A DNA stretch of 58,521 bases, the filler included, from Bipalium vagum (taxonomy: Eukaryota): NCBI GenBank assembly GCA_037834085.1. It is 3 parts of 3 records of this genome, joined end to end, with 100 filler letters (N's around TTAATTAATTAA, not from the genome) between each part and the next. Parts side by side here need not be neighbours in the genome. Positions count along the whole stretch, not along the records: positions 19,903 to 42,214 come from JBBMKC010223343.1; positions 42,315 to 58,521 come from JBBMKC010122787.1; 1 more part is not named here. One strand, 5' to 3'. The notes beneath the pieces are model-generated. The model saw only the letters and a list, made by a program, of their open reading frames with translations, did not search any database and had not been told where the DNA came from. Both the position numbers and the translations under genes were made by a program. Of this stretch, positions 41,330-52,439 are shown one piece after another. Positions within the stretch are counted from its first letter, which is position 1. Each line of letters starts with the position of its first letter.

Positions 41330-41563
41330 CTATAAATTAACTTTAGCTTCAATTGACTTTTTCAATGCTTTTGCTTCTGTATACAATTTACCTTCGATCA
41401 ATTTTTTCGGACGTATTTCTGTATAATACTTAAAGGCGCTAATTCCTAATTTACCAATCAACGAGCTAGTTCCTAAGATGATAAGTATTATTGATAATTT
41501 ATGTGATTTATCTAATATTTTTGAGGATATCGGCTTGTTATATTTCCGATTGAAAAATTCCAT
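41330..41563 (-). CDS. Small single-pass membrane protein, COX14-like (cytochrome c oxidase assembly factor)
   Basis: From ATG 41563: …SKILDKSHKLSIILIILGTSSLIGKLGISAFKYY… matches the D-x-x-H-(R/K) + transmembrane helix + aromatic/basic tail pattern I recall for Cox14. Length is 77 aa unspliced or 68 aa with a 62-nt intron. Pattern similarity only. Confidence 0.55.
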   Translation of the reverse strand: MEFFNRKYNKPISSKILDKSHKLSIILIILGTSSLIGKLGISAFKYYTEIRPKKLIEGKLYTEAKALKKSIEAKVNL

Positions 41564-42214
41564 AAAACGAAAAAATACTGATAGTGAAACCAAAAGGTAT
41601 ATTGATTACTTTATTACAAAAAAGTACGTACTTCAAAAAATTTTGATTATTAATAATATTTAAACAATTCTTCTAAATCTCTTTAAGATTTTTTATTAAA
41701 ATCTCATTTTTTAAACCTTTTTAAAAAATCATCTATAGAGCTCTCAGAATTTAAATATTCTGATTTTAATTATTACATCTATAAATTAATTATAGTTAAA
41801 CCAAAGATAAATATTAAAATATTAAAATTTACTATTATTTTCTAAAACTAATATTTTTTGTATTTTAATCAATCAAAAATTGGCCGAAATCAAGATACCT
41901 TTTTAAATCATTAAAGATTTTAATTAGAAACATTAATTAACCAAAATTAATTAATATTACGGTTGAAATTGAATATGAATACCTTTTTTCAAGGTTATTC
42001 TACTTGTTTTTTTGTAAAATAGTAAGTTTTAAAATTGTTCAATATTTAGGGTATCAAATTTAACCTAACTCTAAAAATCTTAGGTGGTGCAAAATCAAAA
42101 CAATCAGTAAAGCAACATGTGTATTTATACCACACCAAAATAAAATACAATACACTGAAATTCAAAAAGATAATGCACAAGCCTGGGATCACAATAAAAT
42201 GTCTGAAATGTTCC

Positions 42215-42314
42215 NNNNNNNNNNNNNNNNNNNNNNNNNNNNNNNNNNNNNNNNNNNNTTAATTAATTAANNNNNNNNNNNNNNNNNNNNNNNNNNNNNN
42301 NNNNNNNNNNNNNN
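42215..42314. other. Artificial scaffold linker N44-TTAATTAATTAA-N44
   Basis: Same construct as 19803-19902. Confidence 0.95.
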
Positions 42315-42946
42315 TTTAAGTAGTTTAAAAATAAAATCCCTGGGAATTTTTCAATGACTTTCAAGTATTAATTAATTTTTAATTATTAATAATAATACTA
42401 TTATTATTATTATTTATACATTATTTATAGTTTTTATTATTTATTTTTCCACGGGAGGTGTCTTGGTAAACCCAACAAAAGTAAGGTTCTTTCTTAGGAT
42501 TCCAAGTTTTATTAGTGATGTATCCAAGCTTTTGAGTGGTAGTGTATGCTAATATGAAACAAAATTTTAGGCTTTCCAAACAATACGACAAACGAGGGTG
42601 TCGAATTTTGCATGCCGTATTTTGAGCAGTCAAAGGTTGACTCTCATGATGATTGACCATATATATATATATCTTATATTCTGAATCAATAGCAGCCTCG
42701 GAGTGTTTCTCAATTTGGTACCATTGACATCCACTGTAATTAATTGAAACAGTTTTCAAGATAAACTTGGAAGAAATTATTTTAAATTTACCTAAATTAA
42801 TTTATTATGTATATATTTTACAATTAGCTTTTATGATGAAAGTATTTTCCATTGTATATCTTAAATTTCATTGGCTGCAATGGAAAAAAGTCTAAGAATA
42901 CTCTCTAGAAATAATATCATCATAAAATGTTTGTCATAATTTAGAA

Positions 42947-43744
42947 ATGGTTATCTGGATTTTCTCTCTTTTTGCCTTAAACCTTTCATGGCCAGCAGAG
43001 TCAGAGGTTTCGATGGAGTGCAGTTTTCGAAGTCTCATTAATCAAAAACGATTCTTTTTTATCAAGAATGGATCCTGTGTCATTCCTGAATCCAACTCCT
43101 CTAAATCACTCACATTCATGTCAAACTATACTTACAATATGTCCTCAGAAGGAAATACATTGTTCAGAGTTTTGTCTGGTTCAGAAGATGATGCCTACCT
43201 ACTTTACATAAACTCTGAATCAAAGGACCGAAGTCAAACTTTGTACAAAGAGACAGAGAATTTTAGAAGTGTTCTTCTGGATGAATGGCAGAGTTTGAGA
43301 CCCGTTCAAATGAATATCTCTATCAAAGACTATTTCGGAAAGGTTGTGGTAAATTTACTTTTCAAAGTTAAAGAGACAGATAGTCTTTTGTCTTGGTTCA
43401 ATCTGGAAAACTTATTCTTTTCCTCTCCATGGAAAATCGATTATTTAAAAAGAACCAGTTACAATCACTTTGACATTCAGATTCCTAGTGACCAGTCCAA
43501 AAGAAGGTTTTACATTAACCAAATTTTGATGGGGTGTGAAAAAGATGCCGGATTCCTTGCAATCGTTTCAGAAGACATGTGTCTTTATGGAATTTATTGG
43601 CCTAATAATACAATGTTTGCTTATCCCCAGATTTTGTATGTCAATAAAGAAGGAAAAGGAGGCAATTGGAAAAATTTCTCAACCGAAGCAAGAGATATGG
43701 AGATAGTCGGCAATTATGGTCCGAGTATCATCATTTATATGTGA
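42947..43744 (+). CDS. Intronless secreted protein of unknown function (265 aa)
   Basis: Hydrophobic N-terminal signal and a long ORF in AT-rich DNA. Motifs LFRVLSG, SWF…SSPW, RRFYINQ..GCEKDAGFL, YPQILY resemble an uncharacterised invertebrate extracellular domain common in molluscs. Confidence 0.75.
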   Translation: MVIWIFSLFALNLSWPAESEVSMECSFRSLINQKRFFFIKNGSCVIPESNSSKSLTFMSNYTYNMSSEGNTLFRVLSGSEDDAYLLYINSESKDRSQTLYKETENFRSVLLDEWQSLRPVQMNISIKDYFGKVVVNLLFKVKETDSLLSWFNLENLFFSSPWKIDYLKRTSYNHFDIQIPSDQSKRRFYINQILMGCEKDAGFLAIVSEDMCLYGIYWPNNTMFAYPQILYVNKEGKGGNWKNFSTEARDMEIVGNYGPSIIIYM

Positions 43745-44091
43745 CTTTTTGGACGATGATTGAAAGTGTCTGTACAATGAAAGCGCCTAACTTATATTTA
43801 ATTATTTTATTTTTTCCTCTTTTGCTCTTTCTTCTTTTCATTCTTTCTTTCATTTATATAAATAAATTTTAGCTCATTATTTTTTAATGATTGCAATGTC
43901 TCTTCTGACAATAGTGACATTTTTAATTTTTAATTAATTAATTAACTAATTAAACAATCAAATGAAGGGAATAAGTGACAAGATTGTCATAGAAAAGTTT
44001 GCCCTAACCTTTGAAAATAAAATAATTCGAAAAATTTTATACAGGAAGAAGAAAAATATTTACTTAAGAAATTTACTTAATTATTCACTTA

Positions 44092-44629
44092 CCGTAGATA
44101 CTCCAATATAAGTCGACCTGGTGTATAAATCGAGGAGGGAAATGGGAAATTCTGTGAAAAACCGTATGACTCATATATAAGTCAAGGTAAGAATATATAT
44201 CTGGGTAGTTTCTCTTTCGTACATTTGAAATATAACATAAAATAATAAGGAAAAAATGTCAATTTTTTTATACTTCATTGCAAAATATTCGTGATAATAT
44301 TTATATATTTTTATTTACAAACATGGCACCATAGGTAACATTTATTCAAAACCACAAAATTCGGAATCCGAGTCTGATTCAATTATGAACACAACGTGAT
44401 ACATTGCATAAATACAGCCATTACATTGGTTAAAACTGCTTAACTAACCTAATTATCGCCCATCATCTCTCGATCAATATCACGGGCGAACGGTGCACTA
44501 GCCTGGCTAAAATTCGTCGCTCGGCCCAGCAAAAATGTCCGTTTTTTGCTGACTCTTATATAAGTCGGTCCCATTTTTTTCATCAAATTTTATAGAAAAA
44601 AACTTCGACTTATATTTGAGTATCTACGG
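44092..44629. mobile_element. Non-autonomous Tc2/pogo-like DNA transposon (MITE), 538 bp, TA target-site duplication
   Basis: Left end TA|CCGTAGATACTCCAATATAAGTCGA; right end reverse complement TA|CCGTAGATACTCAAATATAAGTCGA (1 mismatch in 25). Internal GACTC.TATATAAGTC sub-repeats at ~44168 and ~44551. Confidence 0.9.
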
Positions 44630-44779
44630 TAATAATAAAACTTAATTTTCAGATCATGTTTTATTTTGACTGAAATTACTAACTAGTATCTTTACGATGT
44701 AATACATCATGTATAATGTTATTTATTTTATATAAATACTCAACTTTTATGTGATAATAAAGAAATTGATATTAAATTA

Positions 44780-45480
44780 ATTACCAGCATAGTGATGGGT
44801 GATCCATCCCATGCAATTCTGTTTTTAAGAAAAAACAGTCTGTTATTGCTATCAGGTAATTTACAATACTTATGTTACCTTATTAATGTTATTAAATAAA
44901 TGCGATGTTTGTTGCAAAATATTCAAAGAATGTATCCATTTATGGGCCCTATGTAGTAATATAAAAAATGTGAGATGTTTTCCTGTAAAAATCCAATAAG
45001 AACGGGTAGAACCGAACGAGTGATTCAAATAGACGAATCATTATTTTGGTAATTTTGTCTTTTTAGTTATTTTCATGCTAATTTAGTTATTTAAGATGCA
45101 AACTCAAAAATCATAAACGGCGCACTTCTGATCACGAGTTATGGTTTTTGGCATGGTAGATGACTCGAAGAATGCAAACATATTTTTGAAGTTAGTAGGA
45201 GACAGAAAAGCCTTCACTTTACTATCCTTTACTAACCTTTTCCACTTGAGCGTGACTCCATTATAATGAGTACTGAATGAAGACCCTATTCCAAACTGTC
45301 TAAAGATGAAAATTATGTTCATCAAACTGTCAAGATGGATTTTTTTGACAAAGAGACTGGTGCTCCACCCAAAGAATTAAATTAAAATCGATTTGGAAAA
45401 ACCTGAAGACTAAGATCGTGTCAATGAAGGGCGTCTATGGTGATCTCTTGGAATCATATCTATATGAAAGGATGTAGTGA
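44780..45480 (+). mobile_element. Merlin/IS1016 (ISXO2-like) transposase remnant
   Basis: GRTERVIQIDESLF, VFGMVD…DRKAFTLL, YVHQTV…FFDKETGA, SIWKNLK…LESYLYE follow the Merlin DDE motif order; frameshifted. Confidence 0.8.
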
Positions 45481-46335
45481 AAAAATATTCAATCGAGGAA
45501 TTGCCAATCAATTTTTTAAAAAATAAATTTGTAAATCGAAAATTGTTTATTTTTTAATATCTGTTTTGTTTTTTTAGTATCCTTTTTGAGCGAGTTCTAA
45601 CTTTCATGAAAGTAAAATACTTTTTATAAATTTAGATGAAAAATTATTATCATCAACATTTTTATTACTAGTGTGGGATACCGACATTGGTCAAATTTTT
45701 ATTGTTTCCTTTTGCATCTCCGTTTTTATTTTTAATTAATTGAAGCATCGTTGCTTTTAAATATATGAAATTAAGAATTTGTCAATATACCTCAAAATTT
45801 ATATCATAATATATAACAAATTAACCTCAGATGCAATCCCAAAATGATTAACAACCACTTAAATCGAAACCAACATCGACATACTTTTTAAAACTAGCAA
45901 TAAATGTTTGAACATCTTTAACGTTTCATTTGATTTCGTAAAAAAATTAATTTCTTTTTTCTATATATCATAAGACAAACTCAAAATTCAAAATATTTCC
46001 AAAGTGACCTATCAAATACTTTTAGTACTTTTCCTCGACTTCGCTGCTCTGAGGCCTGAGGGACAACAACTAATAGAGAGATAAAACCAACTTTCTCCAA
46101 AACACTTAAAATCGACATTTATTTGTTCTGCTACGACTTCTTAATAATTGTTTTAGAGACACATTTTATTACGGCTTCATTTTAAAACTGATTCACCGAT
46201 ATCGCTCCATAATAGTACGGGAAGAACAAGCAAATAACAAACCCTAACTGTACAACTATTATTATTAATACTTTTATGATAAAAACAGTAACCAGCCAAA
46301 CGGTCCGAGTGCCCGCAGTCCGGCCGTTCCCATCG

Positions 46336-47428
46336 TCACTGGATCGAACAGAACTTGACATCCTGAGCCATGTTGTCCGTATACCGCTGAACCAGCGCGT
46401 CTCTGATTTCTGCAATTCGCGTTTTAGCCTGCTTCACAACGCCGAGCTGATTTTGCAGATAATTTTTATCCATCAATCGATCAATGCTTCCGTTGTCGTC
46501 GCTGACAGTGAGGTTTTCTGGAAAACGGAAGTCAATATGACAAAAAAAATTCGCGGGAGGGAGGGCAGGAGATACACTGATGGCCCAGGAAGCGTTGCCA
46601 TGGAAATATATAAAAAACGCAACGGCACAAAATAAAGACGTACCCAGTTCGGAGCAGCCGAAAAGCACGGACAGGTCTATGTCCTGCTTCATCATTAAAC
46701 GATGAATGCAGCTGACGACAGTGTCTGTGTCACGGACGCACGAGAGAGTTTCACCCAAGAGACGCTGGAACAGTCGCTTCACTTTGTCCGCTGACCCCAA
46801 ACAATCGATTCGTTCGATCTCTTTCTCTAAATCGATCATGTTTCCCAAAATATTCTGTTTTTCCTGGGCCGACTGAAAACAAAGAGATGGAAACACGGAA
46901 TGCGTAGCGCATCAATATATCCATGTTATTGTTTTATCGGGATTGTGAAAAACGCTTACTGCTTTCAACTTTTTTTCGAGTTCATTGCACGTCATTTGGC
47001 GCGAATCGATTTCCTGTCGCAACGCAACGACCGTCTCCGCTTCCACTTCGAGCTGCGCGTGCAAGTCCTCCATTTTTTTCTGACAATCGCAAACGTGCTT
47101 CTGGAACTTTTTCCTTTCCGCGTCGAGCAGCTGAAGAACGAAATCATTTTCCAATGACAAAGAAAAGGTGAGAGAAAATTTAAAATAGATCGACTCTTCC
47201 CCGCCAACCTGTTTGGAATTGATCAGTTCGTTTTTGTAACGCTCCACAGTCATTTTAAGATCGACGTAAATGTCGGCCGAGTATTTCCAATCGTCGTTAA
47301 TCAAAGTCTGCCCTGCTCCCCCTCCTCGTCCTTCATTTTTACCTTCTTCTCCTGCTTCTCTTTTCTCCACTTTGACAAAAGACGAACATTTCACACTGGA
47401 CAATCTCTGAAATTGATAACGGAAAATC

Positions 47429-47461
<33 letters not shown>

Positions 47462-48244
47462 CAATTACGTCTCCCAACAAATCGATTTGGGATTTCATAA
47501 TAACTTCGTTATCGACCAGATTCGCTAATTGAACGTTTTTCTCTGCTACTTCGTTTTGTAATCGACATATAATCAATTCTGCCTCATGGTATTGATTTCG
47601 GTATTTGTCATTATCGATTTTCAATCTTCGAAGCTAAGATTTTAAAATATTGAAAATAAGTAACAAAAAATCAATAATAATGTTATAATAAAATATCAAA
47701 AAACCGTTTTATTCAATTTATCAGTTTCCTGGGGAGTGGGAAGAACGTTTATGTATTCATTGGCAACGCGATATCGCTCCTCCAACTTGTGATACTGATC
47801 AGAGATCGCTTTGTTCTCATTAATTTTTTCATCGGTTATCAATCGATATTTTTGGATCTCATCGTTCATGTGAAACATTTGATTGTCGAAACGATTTTTG
47901 CTGTGAAACATCTCTTCCTTTACTGCGTTCAACTCGTATTGGGATTTGTTCAATTGTTCCTCGTAATGTTTCACCAGATCGGTTCTGTCGTTTTCCATTT
48001 GACCCACGTAGGCTTTCAACTCATTGTTTTCCAAATACAACAACTGGAAAAAAGAATTTTATCGATTTGGTGATTTAGTTGTGAAGTAAAAGTTGGAAAT
48101 TACATCGATTTGTTCGGAAATAGTCAATTTATAATTATTATTGCTATTATTCCTGAATGAGAGAAGATTTAAAGATTTTTGGTCATGATTATAAATTGTC
48201 TCAAACCTTCCATCCCTAAAATTGTCCCAGTTTTTATTTGTCAT
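46336..48244 (-). CDS. CEP85/CEP85L-like centriolar coiled-coil protein (about 7 exons)
   Basis: Successive coiled-coil exons with short GT-AG introns. Motifs EYINVLPT, QDIDLSVLFG and C-terminal IAEIRDALVQRYTDNMAQDVKFCSIQ* parallel CEP85-family YLADLPT, PNLSLLLG and DRYAQDMGxNCxxQ. Confidence 0.7.
47429..47460. repeat. (AAT)n microsatellite in a CEP85-like intron
   Basis: About 10 AAT units; source of the spurious poly-Tyr in the ORF track. Confidence 0.9.
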
Positions 48245-49917
48245 GGAAATATCTTAAAATATATTAAATTTATTTTTAGAATTTTAGAGGGAAAATTTGA
48301 AATTGAAATTTGCGCAGAAAATCAATATTTAAACAAGTTAAATAATTCTATGGTAACAATATTGAGATAAAACTTATATTGAAAAATTAATAATCTTGTT
48401 AAAATTCTCAAACTATTATTATCTTTAAATACCTTAAAAATAAATTGAAATAATTTTTAAAAAATCAAGAATAACATTATGTATTGGCAGTAGTACTATT
48501 TATCTTTTACTAATTAGTTGAAAAACACCTATTAAAAATAAAAAATTAAGTTTATGTAAATAGCAATAATATGAATGATATTTAAAAAACTTTATAATTA
48601 AAATTTAAAAATTTTATGAATTTAATAAATTTTTATTCAACTTAATAAAAACTCTTATTAAGAAAAAGCTAAAGGTTATAAAATTAGATAACTATTTATC
48701 TATTTGGTAACTTAAGTGAAGTAAAATATATGAGTTATATTATTATTTTATTTATTGTGAGTCCATTTTCGGGAGAAATTAGTTTAAGTCTAGGAAACAA
48801 TGTTCAACAGAAGCAACAGGTGCTGTTCATTTACAAATCATTTTCGAATCTGACCCATTCGATTGTTTATTCTCATAAGAACGGGGTGTTATATTTGACA
48901 ATTTCCATTACAGGAATATATTAATTTGAAAGATTATTGAGTTAGACTTCCGTTTTATCCATCTTAACATCTTTATTCATGTAAACTTGACAACTAAAAT
49001 ATTTAATATTATATAATTATTTATTATCTCTATTATATTATTTATTTTATTTTTGGGACTATGGTGGCATTGCAGAACAACCTAATTAATTATCTGTATT
49101 ATTGTATATTATAAATTATAACATTATAACTTATAATATAATATAGAATTTGCAGTTTACAAGAAAATTCTTACTTTTATATAAAATTAGAAAAATTATT
49201 ATTATTTTTATAATTATTTGCATTTATTAAAAATCAACCATGAGAACGAAAAAGAAAAATATTAAATTTTGACATGGAATGTTATTTTGCTACTCAAATT
49301 ATATTATCCATCTAGCTTCGCCATGTAGGTTGCACATGACGACTTAAATACCAGTTTGAGATCATTTTTTGAGTATGTTACTATAATTTTCGATGATAAG
49401 ATTGAGTTGGAAAGTTCAGCTCTCTACCTTCAATACCTTTCATACTTCTTGGTTTTCTATCTTTCTATTTCCATTTCTTAAGATACTGATAATATGTAAG
49501 TAGTGTATTATATAAATATAATTTATCCATAGGTTCCTATCCTCACCCTTACAAATTAAAGAAACGGATATTCACAATGATTTTATGAATTTTATTTTAT
49601 CTTCTCTATTCTCCTTCGTCACCGGGGTTCTATTATAAAAGGATTTATAATAACTCAAGCGTAAATTCATCAAATTAAAATTGTAACAGTGGTTTTAAAT
49701 GTTATCAAAGGTTTTAAGTGTTAACCTTTTGACATTAATTTTTGTGCTTTTCAATTCGTAACCTGGTCCAAGATTTAAGTATTATAAGTTACCAAATTTG
49801 ATCATTAAAACAAAGGTCGTAAAAATTAATTCATTATTAAAAAGAAGAAAATAAAGGGAAAACATTCAATTCCGAAAAATCTGAAAAAGAAAAGAAAAGA
49901 TTGTTTCTTCCGCTTAG

Positions 49918-50874
49918 TTACAACTTGCTTTCTGTTGGATGATAATCATCTTCGGGATGTCGTTTCAGCAAAGATTTCCTCTTCGGCCTCGGTCTTGATT
50001 GGCTTTTGGAAATTCGACAGTATAAAACATAAACGATTATCAAGATGGCCATTGAAAACAGAAACGTCCATAATGCCATGACAACGAGAACTAAGACCAA
50101 AGTATTGCTACTTTCTGATTCCGGTTTTGATGACAGAGTCTGGTCAACTTGGTCTTTGGTTCCCGATGGGGCACGGATGATCGGCTTTTTGTTGGTAAAC
50201 CTCATGGAACATTCAGGCCGTGATGCCTCGATTGGACATTGGGTGTATTTGATGTTGGTCAATTCGTTGTTGTGGTTGATTTGTTTGAGATCAACAAAGA
50301 AGCTGTATTTGGGAAATCTGGTGGAATTGCATCGGAAGCATGAAGCCAGATAGTTTAGAAACAGCCCAATGGACTTGGACCGCGGTGCAAACAACAAAGC
50401 CGTATTGTTCATCATTTGAGAGTTGCGTATTAATTTTATCTCCTGCAGCTTTCTCAGACCCAAGAAAGCGTCGGTCGTGATGTTGTGGGTCCTGAAAATC
50501 GAAAGACTTCTCAGATTTGGGAACACTTTGCCGATCATTTTGCTATTGATTTCGGGAATATTGAACTCAAAATCAAAATGAACAATGGATTCCGATTCGG
50601 AAAGTGGCAAGCTCCAATCATCCGGTTCAATGCGATCAATTTTTTCTCTGGATCCAATTGTCAAAGTCAGTTTTCCGTGCATCGGTATCACTCCACAATA
50701 GACCTCTACGACGTTCTCGGGAAATATATCACGTCTCCGCTGACATTTCAGCACCCTGATGTCATGCTTGGGATTATAGAAACATCTGATGGAGCACTCG
50801 TTGGCCTGGACCAGATTTTGGGAGAAAAGTGCTAACAGGAAAAGACAAGTGACATTTAACAATAAATATTTCAT
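49918..50874 (-). CDS. Intronless type I membrane protein with degenerate leucine-rich repeats (318 aa)
   Basis: Signal peptide, Cys-rich N-cap, FPNLRSLSI…AFLGLRKLQEIKL LRR-like units, Cys-rich cap, a TM segment of ~27 aa and a basic cytoplasmic tail. Confidence 0.8.
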   Translation of the reverse strand: MKYLLLNVTCLFLLALFSQNLVQANECSIRCFYNPKHDIRVLKCQRRRDIFPENVVEVYCGVIPMHGKLTLTIGSREKIDRIEPDDWSLPLSESESIVHFDFEFNIPEINSKMIGKVFPNLRSLSIFRTHNITTDAFLGLRKLQEIKLIRNSQMMNNTALLFAPRSKSIGLFLNYLASCFRCNSTRFPKYSFFVDLKQINHNNELTNIKYTQCPIEASRPECSMRFTNKKPIIRAPSGTKDQVDQTLSSKPESESSNTLVLVLVVMALWTFLFSMAILIIVYVLYCRISKSQSRPRPKRKSLLKRHPEDDYHPTESKL

Positions 50875-51411
50875 CCTTTTTCAGTGGGTCCTACCTTCTT
50901 GAATATCCGAAATCAGATTCCATCTTTCTTCAGTCATCCTTATATAATCGTTGAGTCGCTGATTATGTAACGCATGTGGCATAATTGGCATCCTTTGAAT
51001 TCCAGAAGACGAATAATGTACTAACAATGCGCGTGCTTCTGTTCATTATTATTATTTTATTATTATTATTGACTGCCGATTGTTAACATTTCTTTTCAAT
51101 TGACTCCACAATGATTCCTGCTTGTAATTGGCCGGAAGTGAATATTTGCATTAAACCGAACCATCATATGATCAGGGCTCATATAAAGCAGCTCAACCAA
51201 TATTTCGGTCCTCCATTAACCACAACACATGGAAATCAATTAAAAGAGGAAATAAAAACCATTTTTTTTACTTCGATTAATTAATTAAAATCTCCTTAAA
51301 TTTATTGTCATTATTCTTTTTCCCATTTTCATTCGTTTTCCTTTTTTCTATTTGTATAAATTTTAAATTAATTTTCTTTCATTACTTATTTCTTGACCAA
51401 TACTTTTTATT

Positions 51412-51551
51412 NNNNNNNNNNNNNNNNNNNNNNNNNNNNNNNNNNNNNNNNNNNNNNNNNNNNNNNNNNNNNNNNNNNNNNNNNNNNNNNNNNNNNNNNN
51501 NNNNNNNNNNNNNNNNNNNNNNNNNNNNNNNNNNNNNNNNNNNNNNNNNNN
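51412..51551. other. Assembly gap (N run)
   Basis: About 140 consecutive N. Confidence 0.99.
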
Positions 51552-51579
51552 NGATTTTCTTTATTTTCACTTTTCTTTA

Positions 51580-52187
51580 TTGAGAGGCCTTGGCCCCCTT
51601 GAACCACATTGTGAATCCAATATGATCAAAGCAAAATGTACCGATTTCCCTATAAATGTTGGAGAGTTCCGTGGAGAATGTATGGCTACAATTTTTGATG
51701 AAGCTCATTTCTCTGATGTAAGTTGGGCGTACCAAGGTTTCTTTCATGTCATACATTTTCAGATGTATTCTGTGCTTGGATGTGCTCTGGTACTGCTCGT
51801 CAAGGCAGATTATTGCGATGTCACTATCCCACCGGAGGTACCTACATTAAGCCAAACCCTCTACATATTTTTCAGAACTATAAAAAATTTTACTGAATGA
51901 GTTGTGCCTTGAAGCCTCTAAAATGTCTCTCTTTGGAAAATGCGAAAAGTACTTCTATGAAAACCAGGAAAGTTGTCAATTTTGGACTTAACTACGATGA
52001 TCCATACGACATGCAGTTCAGCTATGATCGAGCAGCAAATGGAAAGAAATTCCTTAAGAAAATCTTAATCTCGGATAGAGGATGTCGTACCAGCAATGCT
52101 ACGGTTTTGAAAGCTATTTTCTTACTTTCATACTCTGCCATTTTCATGAAGGGGAGTCATATAATTTTTGATAGACCCCAAGATTGA
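51580..52187 (+). pseudogene. Spliced cysteine-rich surface-protein-like gene with one in-frame TGA (pseudogene or recoded); 5' end probably in the gap
   Basis: Introns 51718-51762 (GTAAGT…TTTTCAG) and 51838-51875 (GTACCT…TTTTCAG) place ORFs 51580 and 51897 in one frame, interrupted only by TGA 51894-51896. Hydrophobic stretch near the C-terminus. Confidence 0.45.
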
Positions 52188-52439
52188 TAGATCAAAGAAA
52201 AATAAATCATAATTTAATTTACGAGTAAAAATGAAAAAAATTGTCCTTTTAAATTTTCAAATCATTTTTTCTCATGCAAATGACGAGACGAAGTAATACA
52301 AATATTTGTATGTCAAAGATGGATTGGGTAACAGTTTTTTCTTTTTAATATTTTTTCAGTAAAATTATGTTTTGATTGTCAACGAAAGGCTTCCTTATCA
52401 ATTGTAATTGAAAAGTTAAACAACTTATTCTGTCATTAA

